Source: Tortispora ganteri (taxonomy: Eukaryota). Taken from it: DNA of 64,000 bases. The position numbers were made by a program, and so were the translations under genes. Positions 10,811 to 20,239 of the stretch are shown in pieces. The stretch's first letter is position 1. Each line of letters begins with the position of its first letter. Below the pieces are notes generated by a model. It saw only the letters and a list, made by a program, of their open reading frames with translations, ran no database searches and was not told where the DNA came from. Location of the stretch: assembly GCA_003707115.1 (NCBI GenBank), contig PPNB01000005.1, forward strand, positions 1 through 64,000. The letters are read 5' to 3'.

Positions 10811-10978
10811 AATGAGGATGTTTGAAGTAAATAGATACATGTACGCTTCTAAGTGGGATTATATTAATGATAATTTGTGATGAATAAAAAGAAACACGCT
10901 TCATGTAGAGAAATTCCGAGAGAATCACGCTATTGAGAAACACTATAAAAAATAAGAAAAGAAACAATGATTATTCAC

Positions 10979-11575
10979 CTATAGCTGAGCAGTAAGCGCA
11001 TTCCTCCATTGGTCGGCGTCCCATGAAGAAGATACTCCCAGTTCATAGACGCCATTGAAGGCTGCCGACGGGGTTACTCTTAATGCATTCTGGCGGTGGA
11101 ACCGTACGAAATACATCAAATCAGCAGTAACTGCATTTCCGCCATTGGGTTTAGACATGTTAACAGTCAACTTCTCCATAACCTTTCCCTTGTCGACGCT
11201 GACAGTTCTTTGTGCAAGATCGGCGAGACGTTCGTAAGTCTGATGCCGAGATTCGTGGTATGTGGCCTCGTCGAAGAACTCCTTCTGATGGTCAAAGAGA
11301 ACGGTACAGAAGTCATAAAACTTGGATGGGTCAATCAATGCTACCGCAATGGCTGCCTCATGTGTCAAAGGCGATGTAGGGTGGTAAGGGTGAGGAACGT
11401 GGCGAAAGACAACTGAGATAGGAATCTTGTCTTTCGTGATCATTGGGAACACTTGAGTCGAAAGAACCTTCCAAGCTTTAGCTGAGAAAGGGCAAACAAA
11501 GTCCAAATACAGGTCCATAGACGTGTGGCCTTTGTTTAAAACATGAGACGCAATAAATTTATTGGGTAAAGACAT
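10979..11575 (-). CDS. DsbA-like thioredoxin-fold protein
   Basis: LYLDFVCPFS (CxxS), FRH.P.P.HP, THEAA.AV, RQN...VTPS..FNG. Confidence 0.8.
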   Translation of the reverse strand: MSLPNKFIASHVLNKGHTSMDLYLDFVCPFSAKAWKVLSTQVFPMITKDKIPISVVFRHVPHPYHPTSPLTHEAAIAVALIDPSKFYDFCTVLFDHQKEFFDEATYHESRHQTYERLADLAQRTVSVDKGKVMEKLTVNMSKPNGGNAVTADLMYFVRFHRQNALRVTPSAAFNGVYELGVSSSWDADQWRNALTAQL

Positions 11576-12015
11576 TGTCGAAAGCTGAGAAACAATTCGA
11601 TCGGCGTTTTCGTGGACCAAAAGGTGAATAAGTGTCAATACATTCTGTGAAAGTTGGGATTAGGGTACCGAACCAAGAGATCGTGATATGATGATAAATC
11701 GAGAGCATTAACAGCCGGCAATGAGTGCTCTACATATTTAAATCGTATCGAATATCGCGGCTGGAGAAAGATCACCGAGGGTATGTTACGGCATCCAATC
11801 GCGAAACCTCAAATAAGTTGAAGAGGCTTGTTCGGTAATAAAGTTGCGATAATTGCCTGTTTGGGAAGTTGTAAGACAGATCCAAGTTTCTTCCGTACTT
11901 TACAGTATTATCTCTTTTATACAATAAGTTAACCCTCTGCGCTTTTATTCTTCTGAGTTTTATTGCATATATATCCTGTAGCAGTAGGTTTCAAACTTTC
12001 GATCATTCAATTAAA

Positions 12016-12660
12016 ATGAAGACATCACTGATGAGCATGTTCCTAGCCGTTACGGCAGCGGCAGCGACACCCGAGCCACAAGTTACGGGCCCAGTGGTAT
12101 TCTCGAATTATGGTGATTTTTCAGTTGAATTAACTACACCAGAGGTGACAGCCTTGCCTACAGGTCAACTGTACAGCTACTTTTCAGTAACTGACTTGAA
12201 TGGATTGGTAAGTGTATATGCCACTATGACTGATCAAAACGCTGCGCTCAGTTCGGAATTAGCTGGATTAGGTCTCACAACTGAGCCTTCGGAGTCATTA
12301 CCTACTGAAGTGGCTTCCTGTGCGAGTGACTGTGTAGTAGAGGCAATCGCTGATAGTAATTGCGGAGCGCTGAATGCTGAATGCTATTGCGCGAACGTGA
12401 GATTCCTCAAAGCCGTGGTCTCATGCGTGTCGTCAGACTGTGGTACAGAAAACGTCCCCGCCATGACAAATATGTTTTCTTCGTACTGTTCAGCATCATC
12501 GATGGACTTGAGTGCATTTAATTCAGTGTTCAGCAGTGTATCCGCGGCCGCGAGCACGAGCGCGGCTGTGGCTACGTTTAGTTCCTATTATCTCGATCGC
12601 TACGGCTCCCTTGTTGCAATCACTCTCACTGCGCTATTTGTTGCTATCAACTATATCTAG
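12016..12660 (+). CDS. Secreted, probably GPI-anchored CFEM-domain protein
   Basis: Signal peptide, eight Cys with CFEM spacing (CASDC...NC...ECYC...SCVSSDC...YC), Ser/Ala-rich stalk, hydrophobic C-terminus. Confidence 0.85.
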   Translation: MKTSLMSMFLAVTAAAATPEPQVTGPVVFSNYGDFSVELTTPEVTALPTGQLYSYFSVTDLNGLVSVYATMTDQNAALSSELAGLGLTTEPSESLPTEVASCASDCVVEAIADSNCGALNAECYCANVRFLKAVVSCVSSDCGTENVPAMTNMFSSYCSASSMDLSAFNSVFSSVSAAASTSAAVATFSSYYLDRYGSLVAITLTALFVAINYI

Positions 12661-12743
12661 AGACCAAAAGAAACAGTAATGTCGAGTTATCTAATATGTT
12701 AATTTTCCTATAATTTGGTCTTGTTCTTCTAAACATTGGTTAC

Positions 12744-12811
12744 TTACCCGGCCCCTTGCCATAGTCTGACCTACCTACCTACCTACCTACTACTACTAGA
12801 CGGAGGAGTCA
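12744..12811 (+). promoter_or_regulatory. ILS1 promoter: Reb1-type site, (ACCT)5 microsatellite, Gcn4 core
   Basis: TTACCCGG 12744-12751; ACCT x5 from 12769; GAGTCA (reverse TGACTC) 12806-12811. Confidence 0.5.
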
Positions 12812-12867
12812 TAAGTCACCGTTCCCAAATTTTCTCTTATTCTACTCCATTGCTTACTACACCAAGT

Positions 12868-15800
12868 ATGGACTTTCCCAAAGCTGAAGAAAAGATTCTT
12901 GAATTCTGGAATGAAATAGATGCTTTTCAGACCTCTTTAAAGCTATCTGAAGGAAACCCAGAGTTTTCCTTTTACGATGGGCCGCCCTTCGCTACTGGTA
13001 CTCCCCACTATGGTCATATTCTAGCCTCCACCATCAAGGATATTGTTCCCAGATATGCGCACATGAATGGACATCATGTCACTCGTCGCTTTGGATGGGA
13101 TACTCACGGTGTCCCTGTTGAACACGAAATTGATAAGAAGCTAGGAATCGAATCGAAAGAGGATGTGGAGCGAATGGGTATCGCCGAATACAACAAAGAG
13201 TGCAGGGCAATCGTTATGCGATACGCTTCTGAATGGCGCTATACTATTTCTCGGGTCGGTAGATGGATCGACTTTGACAATGATTATAAAACACTTAACG
13301 ACTCGTTTATGGAATCAGTCTGGTGGGTGTTCGGCCAGATCTTTCAGAAAGGAATGGTCTATCGCTCTTATAGAGTCATGCCCTACTCTACAGGCTTGAC
13401 TACCCCTCTGAGTAATTTTGAGGCTCAGCAAAACTATAAAGAGGTGCTCGATCCTGCTGTAGTAATCTCTTTTCCGCTAGTATCTGACCCGTCTACCAAA
13501 TTGCTTATCTGGACTACGACTCCCTGGACCTTGCCTTCAAATTTGGCTATTGCTGTCAATCCTACTTTTGAGTATATCAAAATACACGATGATGCAACTG
13601 ATTCAAACTATATTTTGCTTGAGTCAGGTTTAACTACACTGTATAAGAACCCCAAGAAGGCTTCATATCAAATTATTGAAAAAAACATCCTGGGCTCCAA
13701 AATTGTTGGCGAGAAGTATACTCCTGTTTTCGATTATTTCTATGAAAAATATAAACACACCGCTTTCCGTGTTATTGGTGCGGATTACGTCTCTAGCGAT
13801 TCCGGTACTGGCCTGGTCCATCAGGCTCCCGCCTTTGGTGAAGACGATTTCCAACACTGTCGTTCATCAGGTATCTTTACCGACGACTTGCTTCCTCCTA
13901 ACCCTGTTGATGACCTTGGTTGCTTTACCGCTGATGTTAGCGATTATTGTGGTGAATACGTTAAAACAGCTGATAGAAAGATCATAAAAGACCTCAAAGC
14001 TCGTGGAAGATTGATTGTCGACTCTCAGATCCGTCACTCTTACCCTTTCTGCTGGCGATCCGACACCCCTTTGATTTATCGTGCTGTGCCAGCGTGGTTT
14101 ATTCGTTTGCCTGAAATCGTTCCTGATATTTTGGAATCTTTGAGTAAAACGCGATGGGTACCAAACGCTATCAAAGAAGGTAGGTTTGCTAACTGGGTTG
14201 CCAACGCCCGTGACTGGAATATTTCCCGTAATCGCTACTGGGGTAATCCTATTCCTATATGGGTTTCTGACGATTACGAGGAAATTGTGTGTATCTCGTC
14301 CGTGCAGCAATTGGAAGATTTGGCTGGCTTACCAAAAGGCTCCATTTCTGATCTTCATCGTGAAAGTATAGATCATATTACCATTCCTTCCAAATCCGGA
14401 AAAGGAACCCTCAAGCGTATTCCGGAAGTTTTTGACTGTTGGTTCGAATCTGGTTCCATGCCTTATGCATCTAGACATTACCCCTTTGAGAACAAAGACA
14501 CATTTCAGGATGCCTTTCCTGCAGATTTTATCTCTGAAGGTTTGGACCAGACACGCGGGTGGTTTTACACGCTTTGTGTGATTGGTGTTCATTTGTTTGG
14601 AGAAGTTCCATTTAAGAACTGTATAGTGTCTGGAATTGTCCTTGCGTCCGATGGAAAGAAGATGTCTAAACGACTGAAGAACTATCCTGATCCTCTCGAG
14701 GTCATTAATAGCTATGGATCTGATGCTCTTCGCTTGTACTTGATCAATTCCCCTGTTTTGCGTGCTGAAACCCTTAGATTCAAAGAGGAAGGTGTCAAGG
14801 AAGTAGTTTCCAAGGTATTACTTCCTTGGTGGAATTCATATAAGTTTTTTGAAGGCCAGGAGCTGCTGCGACAGAAGGTCACGAACAAGCAGTTCAAATA
14901 TGATCCTTCTTGCCGAAGTGACAACGTTATGGATAAATGGATTTTAGCCAAAACACAGAAACTCATTGCCTTTATTCATCAGGAAATGCAAGAGTACAGA
15001 CTTTTCACTGTGGTTCCCCGACTTTTGGGACTTATTGAAGATCTTACCAACTGGTATATAAGATTCAATAGACGTCGTCTAAAGGGAGAAGCAGGAGATG
15101 ATGAAACTGTATACTCTCTTAATACTCTATTTGATGTTCTTTATACACTCGTTCGAGCCATGGCTCCTTTCACTCCATTCCTGAGCGATGGGATTTATCA
15201 GAAACTGAAACCTTTTATCTCTGAATCAGTGTTGAACGTCAAAGACAGCAGATCAGTTCATTTTCTTCCATACCCTGAGGCAAGAGAAGAGCTTTATGAG
15301 GATAACATTATGAGGGCTGTTGAGCGAATGCAGAGTGTGATAGAGCTCGGCCGAGTTATTCGTGACAAGCGAACTATTAGCTTGAAAACTCCTTTGAAGG
15401 AACTTGTTGTTCTGCACCCAGACGAAGAGTACTTATCAGATGTGGGATCATTGGAGTCTTACATTACGGAAGAACTGAACGTGAAGAATATTGTTTTCAC
15501 TAGCGAAGAAGCTAAGTATGGTGTTAAATACGTGTGCTTAGCTGACTGGCCAATCTTGGGTAAAAAACTGAAGAAAGACGCTGTTCGCGTCAAGAAAGCG
15601 CTACCTGATGTCTCTTCGGAAGGTGCAAAGAATTACCTTGAGACCGGACGTATTGTTGTTGATGGTATTGAACTTGTTGCTGGAGATCTGCAAGTTATCC
15701 GCACTGTACCAGTAGTAGAAGACGGAGACTTCAGAGAAAATTCACCTCGAATGGACAGCAATACCGATCGTGATGTTTTGATTTTGTTGGATACTGGTGT

Positions 15801-16089
15801 ATACGACGAACTGAAATCAGACGGTCTTGCCAGAGAGATCATTAACCGAGTTCAGCGATTGCGCAAGAAAGCTGGGTTGCAAAGCACTGACGAGGTACGA
15901 ATGGAGTACGCGATTTCTGGTGCGGATCCTATCAATCTGGGAAAGGTTTTTGTGAGCCATGAAGAGATGCTAACGAAGGCTCTTAGAAGGCCTCTTGAAA
16001 CTGTATCCGAAGGTAACGAAGGAGTTATTGCCCAAGAAGACCAAGATATTCAAGATGTTCGATTCACGCTACGTCTTCTACATTTGTAG
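12868..16089 (+). CDS. ILS1: Cytosolic isoleucyl-tRNA synthetase
   Basis: FYDGPPFATGTPHYGH, WTTTPWTLPSN editing domain, EGLDQTRGWFY, KMSKR. Confidence 0.98.
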   Translation: MDFPKAEEKILEFWNEIDAFQTSLKLSEGNPEFSFYDGPPFATGTPHYGHILASTIKDIVPRYAHMNGHHVTRRFGWDTHGVPVEHEIDKKLGIESKEDVERMGIAEYNKECRAIVMRYASEWRYTISRVGRWIDFDNDYKTLNDSFMESVWWVFGQIFQKGMVYRSYRVMPYSTGLTTPLSNFEAQQNYKEVLDPAVVISFPLVSDPSTKLLIWTTTPWTLPSNLAIAVNPTFEYIKIHDDATDSNYILLESGLTTLYKNPKKASYQIIEKNILGSKIVGEKYTPVFDYFYEKYKHTAFRVIGADYVSSDSGTGLVHQAPAFGEDDFQHCRSSGIFTDDLLPPNPVDDLGCFTADVSDYCGEYVKTADRKIIKDLKARGRLIVDSQIRHSYPFCWRSDTPLIYRAVPAWFIRLPEIVPDILESLSKTRWVPNAIKEGRFANWVANARDWNISRNRYWGNPIPIWVSDDYEEIVCISSVQQLEDLAGLPKGSISDLHRESIDHITIPSKSGKGTLKRIPEVFDCWFESGSMPYASRHYPFENKDTFQDAFPADFISEGLDQTRGWFYTLCVIGVHLFGEVPFKNCIVSGIVLASDGKKMSKRLKNYPDPLEVINSYGSDALRLYLINSPVLRAETLRFKEEGVKEVVSKVLLPWWNSYKFFEGQELLRQKVTNKQFKYDPSCRSDNVMDKWILAKTQKLIAFIHQEMQEYRLFTVVPRLLGLIEDLTNWYIRFNRRRLKGEAGDDETVYSLNTLFDVLYTLVRAMAPFTPFLSDGIYQKLKPFISESVLNVKDSRSVHFLPYPEAREELYEDNIMRAVERMQSVIELGRVIRDKRTISLKTPLKELVVLHPDEEYLSDVGSLESYITEELNVKNIVFTSEEAKYGVKYVCLADWPILGKKLKKDAVRVKKALPDVSSEGAKNYLETGRIVVDGIELVAGDLQVIRTVPVVEDGDFRENSPRMDSNTDRDVLILLDTGVYDELKSDGLAREIINRVQRLRKKAGLQSTDEVRMEYAISGADPINLGKVFVSHEEMLTKALRRPLETVSEGNEGVIAQEDQDIQDVRFTLRLLHL

Positions 16090-16130
16090 TAGATCTTCTT
16101 ACATATAAGTTCATCTATATGCTTATCTAA

Positions 16131-16325
16131 TTACCATTTCTTCCGTAGCTCTTTTTGGACGCAAGTTTTGAAGTCCGCAAACTCTTTCTGGCACATATGC
16201 ATAGTGACATTTTGATAGTTACTCACAACACATTTCCCATATAATGCTGCTGGCTTAGCACATTTTACTGCGGCTTTACCAAACCTATCTAATGGCCCAG
16301 GGATTCCTTTCCCTTCATTAGCCAT
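16131..16325 (-). CDS. Twin CX9C protein, NDUFAF8-like complex I assembly factor
   Basis: 64 aa; C...AALYGKCV and MCQKEF..FKTC. Confidence 0.8.
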   Translation of the reverse strand: MANEGKGIPGPLDRFGKAAVKCAKPAALYGKCVVSNYQNVTMHMCQKEFADFKTCVQKELRKKW

Positions 16326-16528
16326 ACGCGATTCAAATATAACTTATTGATGACGATAAAAAAAGGTTCAGAAATAAAGTCCGAAGTGTAGAGTAGAATG
16401 GTGGTGATAGTAGGGTAAGGTAATCCCAATACAAAAACTTGGCTCAATCATCCCTGAGACTTCATTCTGTCATCACATTCACGGGTTTTACCATTATATA
16501 CCCTTATCACTGCATACACTCCATAAGA

Positions 16529-17461
16529 ATGCTACCATTTATCTGGCTGTTCTTTGCATGGGTAGCGGTGGCGGCAACGCGTAGCCACACCAACAACTGG
16601 GCCGTCATCGTGTGCACGTCACGCTTCTGGTTCAACTATAGGCACGTGGCAAACGCATTAAGCATGTATCGCACAGTGAAAAGGCTCGGAATCCCAGATT
16701 CTCAAATTCTTCTGCTCCTAGCCGATGATATTGCGTGTAATCCTCGCAATGCGTTTCCAGGTACAGTCTACAACAACGCTGACCGAGCACTTGATTTGTA
16801 CGGCGAAAGCGTCGAAGTAGACTATAGAGGTTACGATGTGACAGTGGAAAACTTCATTCGACTGTTAACAGACAGATTCGATCCGGACACGCCCAGATCG
16901 AAACGACTGCTTACAGATGACCGTTCGAACATATTCATCTACATGACGGGTCACGGTGGTAATGAGTTTCTTAAGTTTCAGGATGCGGAAGAAATATCCG
17001 CTCATGATATTGCCGATGCTTTTGCTCAGATGTATGAGAAGCGCCGCTATAACGAAATATTTTTTATGATAGACACATGTCAGGCTAACACAATGTATTC
17101 GCATTTTTACAGCCCGAACATTTTAGCTGTGGGCTCTTCCGAACTGGATGAATCTTCGTATTCTCACCATGCAGACATAGATATCGGGGTCGCAGTTATT
17201 GATCGTTTTACTTACTACAACCTTGAATTTCTTGAAAACGTCTCTAGAACTTCCAACCTCACTTTGGCAGATTTATTCAACTCTTACGATTCTGAAGAAA
17301 TAGCATCGCATCCCGGAATTCGGACCGACCTTTACCAGCGTGACCTTTCCGACGTACTAATTACCGATTTCTTCGGTAATGTCCAAGAGGTCGAAATCGA
17401 CTCTAGCGAACCACGTGGTTTGTTATCTCTGCTTAACCAGCAAATTAAGCAAGCTGATTGA
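16529..17461 (+). CDS. GPI8: GPI transamidase catalytic subunit (peptidase C13)
   Basis: Signal peptide; HTNNWAV..CTSRFWFNYRHVAN, YMTGHGG (His), MIDTCQA (Cys); no TM segment before the stop. Confidence 0.97.
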   Translation: MLPFIWLFFAWVAVAATRSHTNNWAVIVCTSRFWFNYRHVANALSMYRTVKRLGIPDSQILLLLADDIACNPRNAFPGTVYNNADRALDLYGESVEVDYRGYDVTVENFIRLLTDRFDPDTPRSKRLLTDDRSNIFIYMTGHGGNEFLKFQDAEEISAHDIADAFAQMYEKRRYNEIFFMIDTCQANTMYSHFYSPNILAVGSSELDESSYSHHADIDIGVAVIDRFTYYNLEFLENVSRTSNLTLADLFNSYDSEEIASHPGIRTDLYQRDLSDVLITDFFGNVQEVEIDSSEPRGLLSLLNQQIKQAD

Positions 17462-17563
17462 GGCTGTCTATCTATTTATATAGCTATCTGCTTGTTTGCT
17501 TCCCTTGTAATGATGCAAAAATATTACTCACTGAAACATTAGCTGTGTGATGATAATTGAATA

Positions 17564-18586
17564 CTATTCATTATACTCGGCAATTTTACCAAAAACACGA
17601 ATCCGCTTTACTCCTCCGTCAGGAATAATTATGAGCTTCACATGAGATATTTTATCTGTCGTTTTTAGATCTCTGAAAACGTGTTCAGCATCTGCCTTGC
17701 AGTCTTGAGGATCTAACAGAGTGGTCCATCTAGGATCATCGACAGTTGGATCTTCTGCGTTAGTGCTGTATAATCCTTCGACTTTGACCTTCTTCGGGAA
17801 ATTTCCTCTGAAATGTGCTGTATCAATAAGCAGATGGTCTGGAATTATGTGAGCCCCCAATCTGATTATAGCCCAGTCAATATGGTCTTTACCGCGAGAT
17901 CTTTTGGTTTCCCACCCGTCGCCCATGTCCTTTCCGCGACCTGGAAGAAGCAGATTATCAATTGTTCCAAAATGCTGATCACTGCAAGATATTGCCTGTC
18001 CGCCATTTGCAACTGCTGCAACATCTATGATAGCGTTTTTGTCCTCAGGTAGCACTACTACAGGTCTACCCCACACACGAAATCTTCCAATTCCACCATC
18101 AGGATACATGTTCAGGCGCACGTGGGTATATGCTTCATTGGTTTCACTTGGCAGAATGAAATGGTGTCTTTGAGCTGGGCCGCATTCGTGCCTGTCTATA
18201 ACTTTTGTCCATTTGGCATTGTTAATGTCTTCGTTGGGTTTTAAGAAGGTTGCTTCGACGTCGATCTCGGGCGCTTGGTTTCCGTCAAAGAACCCAGTAT
18301 CCACCTCTACACCTCTTATTGTAGCACTATTAACTCCAGTTTTTATAATAACCCAATCATGATCCGGATTGTGTCTTCTTGTTTCCCATCCGTCGAACAC
18401 GGCGCCAGTAAAAGAGAACTGGCCCTTATGAGATACAGGAGGATTGGGTTTAATCAGGTTCGCAGCTTCAGCGAACCACTCATCGCTGAAAGCTATCACA
18501 CTTCCTCCTACTTTCTGGCCGATTACGTCCGTGTATTTGGCTTGTAGCTGAATAGCTGCTTCTTCGGTGCTGATCTGTCTGCTCAT
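17564..18586 (-). CDS. DAL2: Allantoicase
   Basis: Two allantoicase repeats: FSDEWF...DGWETRRHN...YPDGGI.RFRVWG and SDQHFG...MGDGWETKRSR...PDGGVKRIRVFG. Confidence 0.97.
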   Translation of the reverse strand: MSRQISTEEAAIQLQAKYTDVIGQKVGGSVIAFSDEWFAEAANLIKPNPPVSHKGQFSFTGAVFDGWETRRHNPDHDWVIIKTGVNSATIRGVEVDTGFFDGNQAPEIDVEATFLKPNEDINNAKWTKVIDRHECGPAQRHHFILPSETNEAYTHVRLNMYPDGGIGRFRVWGRPVVVLPEDKNAIIDVAAVANGGQAISCSDQHFGTIDNLLLPGRGKDMGDGWETKRSRGKDHIDWAIIRLGAHIIPDHLLIDTAHFRGNFPKKVKVEGLYSTNAEDPTVDDPRWTTLLDPQDCKADAEHVFRDLKTTDKISHVKLIIIPDGGVKRIRVFGKIAEYNE

Positions 18587-18611
18587 ACTGACTCGTTATC
18601 TTTAGAAAGCT

Positions 18612-18625
18612 TCGGCTTTGCCCGA
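18612..18625. promoter_or_regulatory. UaY/Ppr1-type zinc-cluster site upstream of DAL2
   Basis: TCGG-ctttgc-CCGA (TCGG-N6-CCGA); also GATAAG (CTTATC) at 18748-18753. Confidence 0.5.
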
Positions 18626-19137
18626 TGGCCAAATTATATCTCGGATCTATGTGTTTCCTTGACAACTATTCATTCTTAAGCGTTTAGCCGAGCGCCGAGA
18701 CGGCCTTTTCTGCAATTTTTATTAGGAATAGGTAACTAGCCACTGGCCTTATCAAGTATGGCGTTTCACTGATGTGTGTAAAGGCAACAGCTTTGATTTG
18801 CGGCAATTGGTGCGGCTTAAGAACTGCGTAAAGAGGAACAAGTATATAGAGCAAAAGGCCATTAGACCTATTCATTCCTTCTGTAGCATTGTCTCCGGAT
18901 GTTGACCCATATCTAGGCTTTGATGTAAGATATCATTAAAACTGCAAAGCAATGTCTCTGTAGAGATTTCTCTTATTTTCAACTAAAAGACCACAAGGGA
19001 AATGAAAAAAACAATATCGCTAGCTATAGAGCTGTCAGATAAAGTTTAATTGAGATAGAGTTTAATTTACATGCACAAGAAGAAAACGCATGTATAGTAC
19101 TATATAAAAGGATACTTATTCTCAAATATTACTTCAT

Positions 19138-19995
19138 ATGCAAATTCAATGTCAAAGCCATTTACAAAATCATTTAAAAAAGCGGTTACTCGTAGGTGCC
19201 AAACACTACTCTCACCTGTTCAGTCCACGGTACGAACCACTAGAAAATACTGTATCGCAAGACGAGATTATATCGTTGCGTTTGGAAATCAATACTACTA
19301 CTAAATACTGCAGAGCTACAGATAAAAAAACCGGCAATACTATTTTTGAGATAGTGAGAAGACATCCATTTTCACGTAACTATTATATTTACCATGCTGC
19401 AATTTTTAGGCTTATTGGTAGAGTTCACTACGGGTATCTCTCGAGATATGTGAATCTGATTCATTATAATAGCCACACCAACAACACAAACTCCACCAAG
19501 ATACATATTAACAATTCTAATGAATTTTCTTTTAGCCCTGGTGCAAGGCTTAAATGGAATAATCGGTCAGGTTATCTCGAAAGGAGCGTGGTTTTGCAAA
19601 CGGGTAGCGAGATCAATAATTCCACCAGTATTTCTTTACATAGCGTTCCTGAACGTAATTGCTTGTGCATAAAACATACTGAATGTAAGTCAAGAGAAGT
19701 ACTAATAATTGATCTCTTTTGCACACAAACAGACACCGCAACTCTATGTCTGGTGATTGCAACAGCATTTATGCATATTCTGAGATGTTTAAAAGACTCC
19801 AAATCACTCGACAATATCTTTCCACAAGTAGGGTACCACGTCACATATCCAGACCCACCATTAAGTCCATTGGACATACCTCCGATCAAGTCCTGCTCAT
19901 CATCTAGCAAATTCGATCCCCCTAGCAGTACTTGCGATTTAATTGCTTCAAGTTGGTATACCCGGCTCCTAAATATTCTCAACAAGAAAAGGTGA
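19138..19995 (+). CDS. Hypothetical protein; frame stays open past the TGA to 20205
   Basis: 285-aa ORF with TATATAAA about 35 bp upstream; no family recognised with confidence. Confidence 0.55.
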   Translation: MQIQCQSHLQNHLKKRLLVGAKHYSHLFSPRYEPLENTVSQDEIISLRLEINTTTKYCRATDKKTGNTIFEIVRRHPFSRNYYIYHAAIFRLIGRVHYGYLSRYVNLIHYNSHTNNTNSTKIHINNSNEFSFSPGARLKWNNRSGYLERSVVLQTGSEINNSTSISLHSVPERNCLCIKHTECKSREVLIIDLFCTQTDTATLCLVIATAFMHILRCLKDSKSLDNIFPQVGYHVTYPDPPLSPLDIPPIKSCSSSSKFDPPSSTCDLIASSWYTRLLNILNKKR

Positions 19996-20239
19996 AGTAT
20001 TAGTAAGACCGGAATACCTATAGCAAAGATATGCAGTAGTCTCCAGCTTAATCAGACTTCAAGTGACGAAGTGGTGCTGCAGACGCGCTCAAATCCTAGT
20101 TTACACAAAAGCAATCCAGTAATATTCGAACTTAAGACGTTAGTGTCATTTAATCCCGTCGAACATACTGAAGAATCAATGCCAAAAAAAATAGAGAAAA
20201 TGTAGTAACATATTTCATAGCTTGTATAAACTGGAACGA

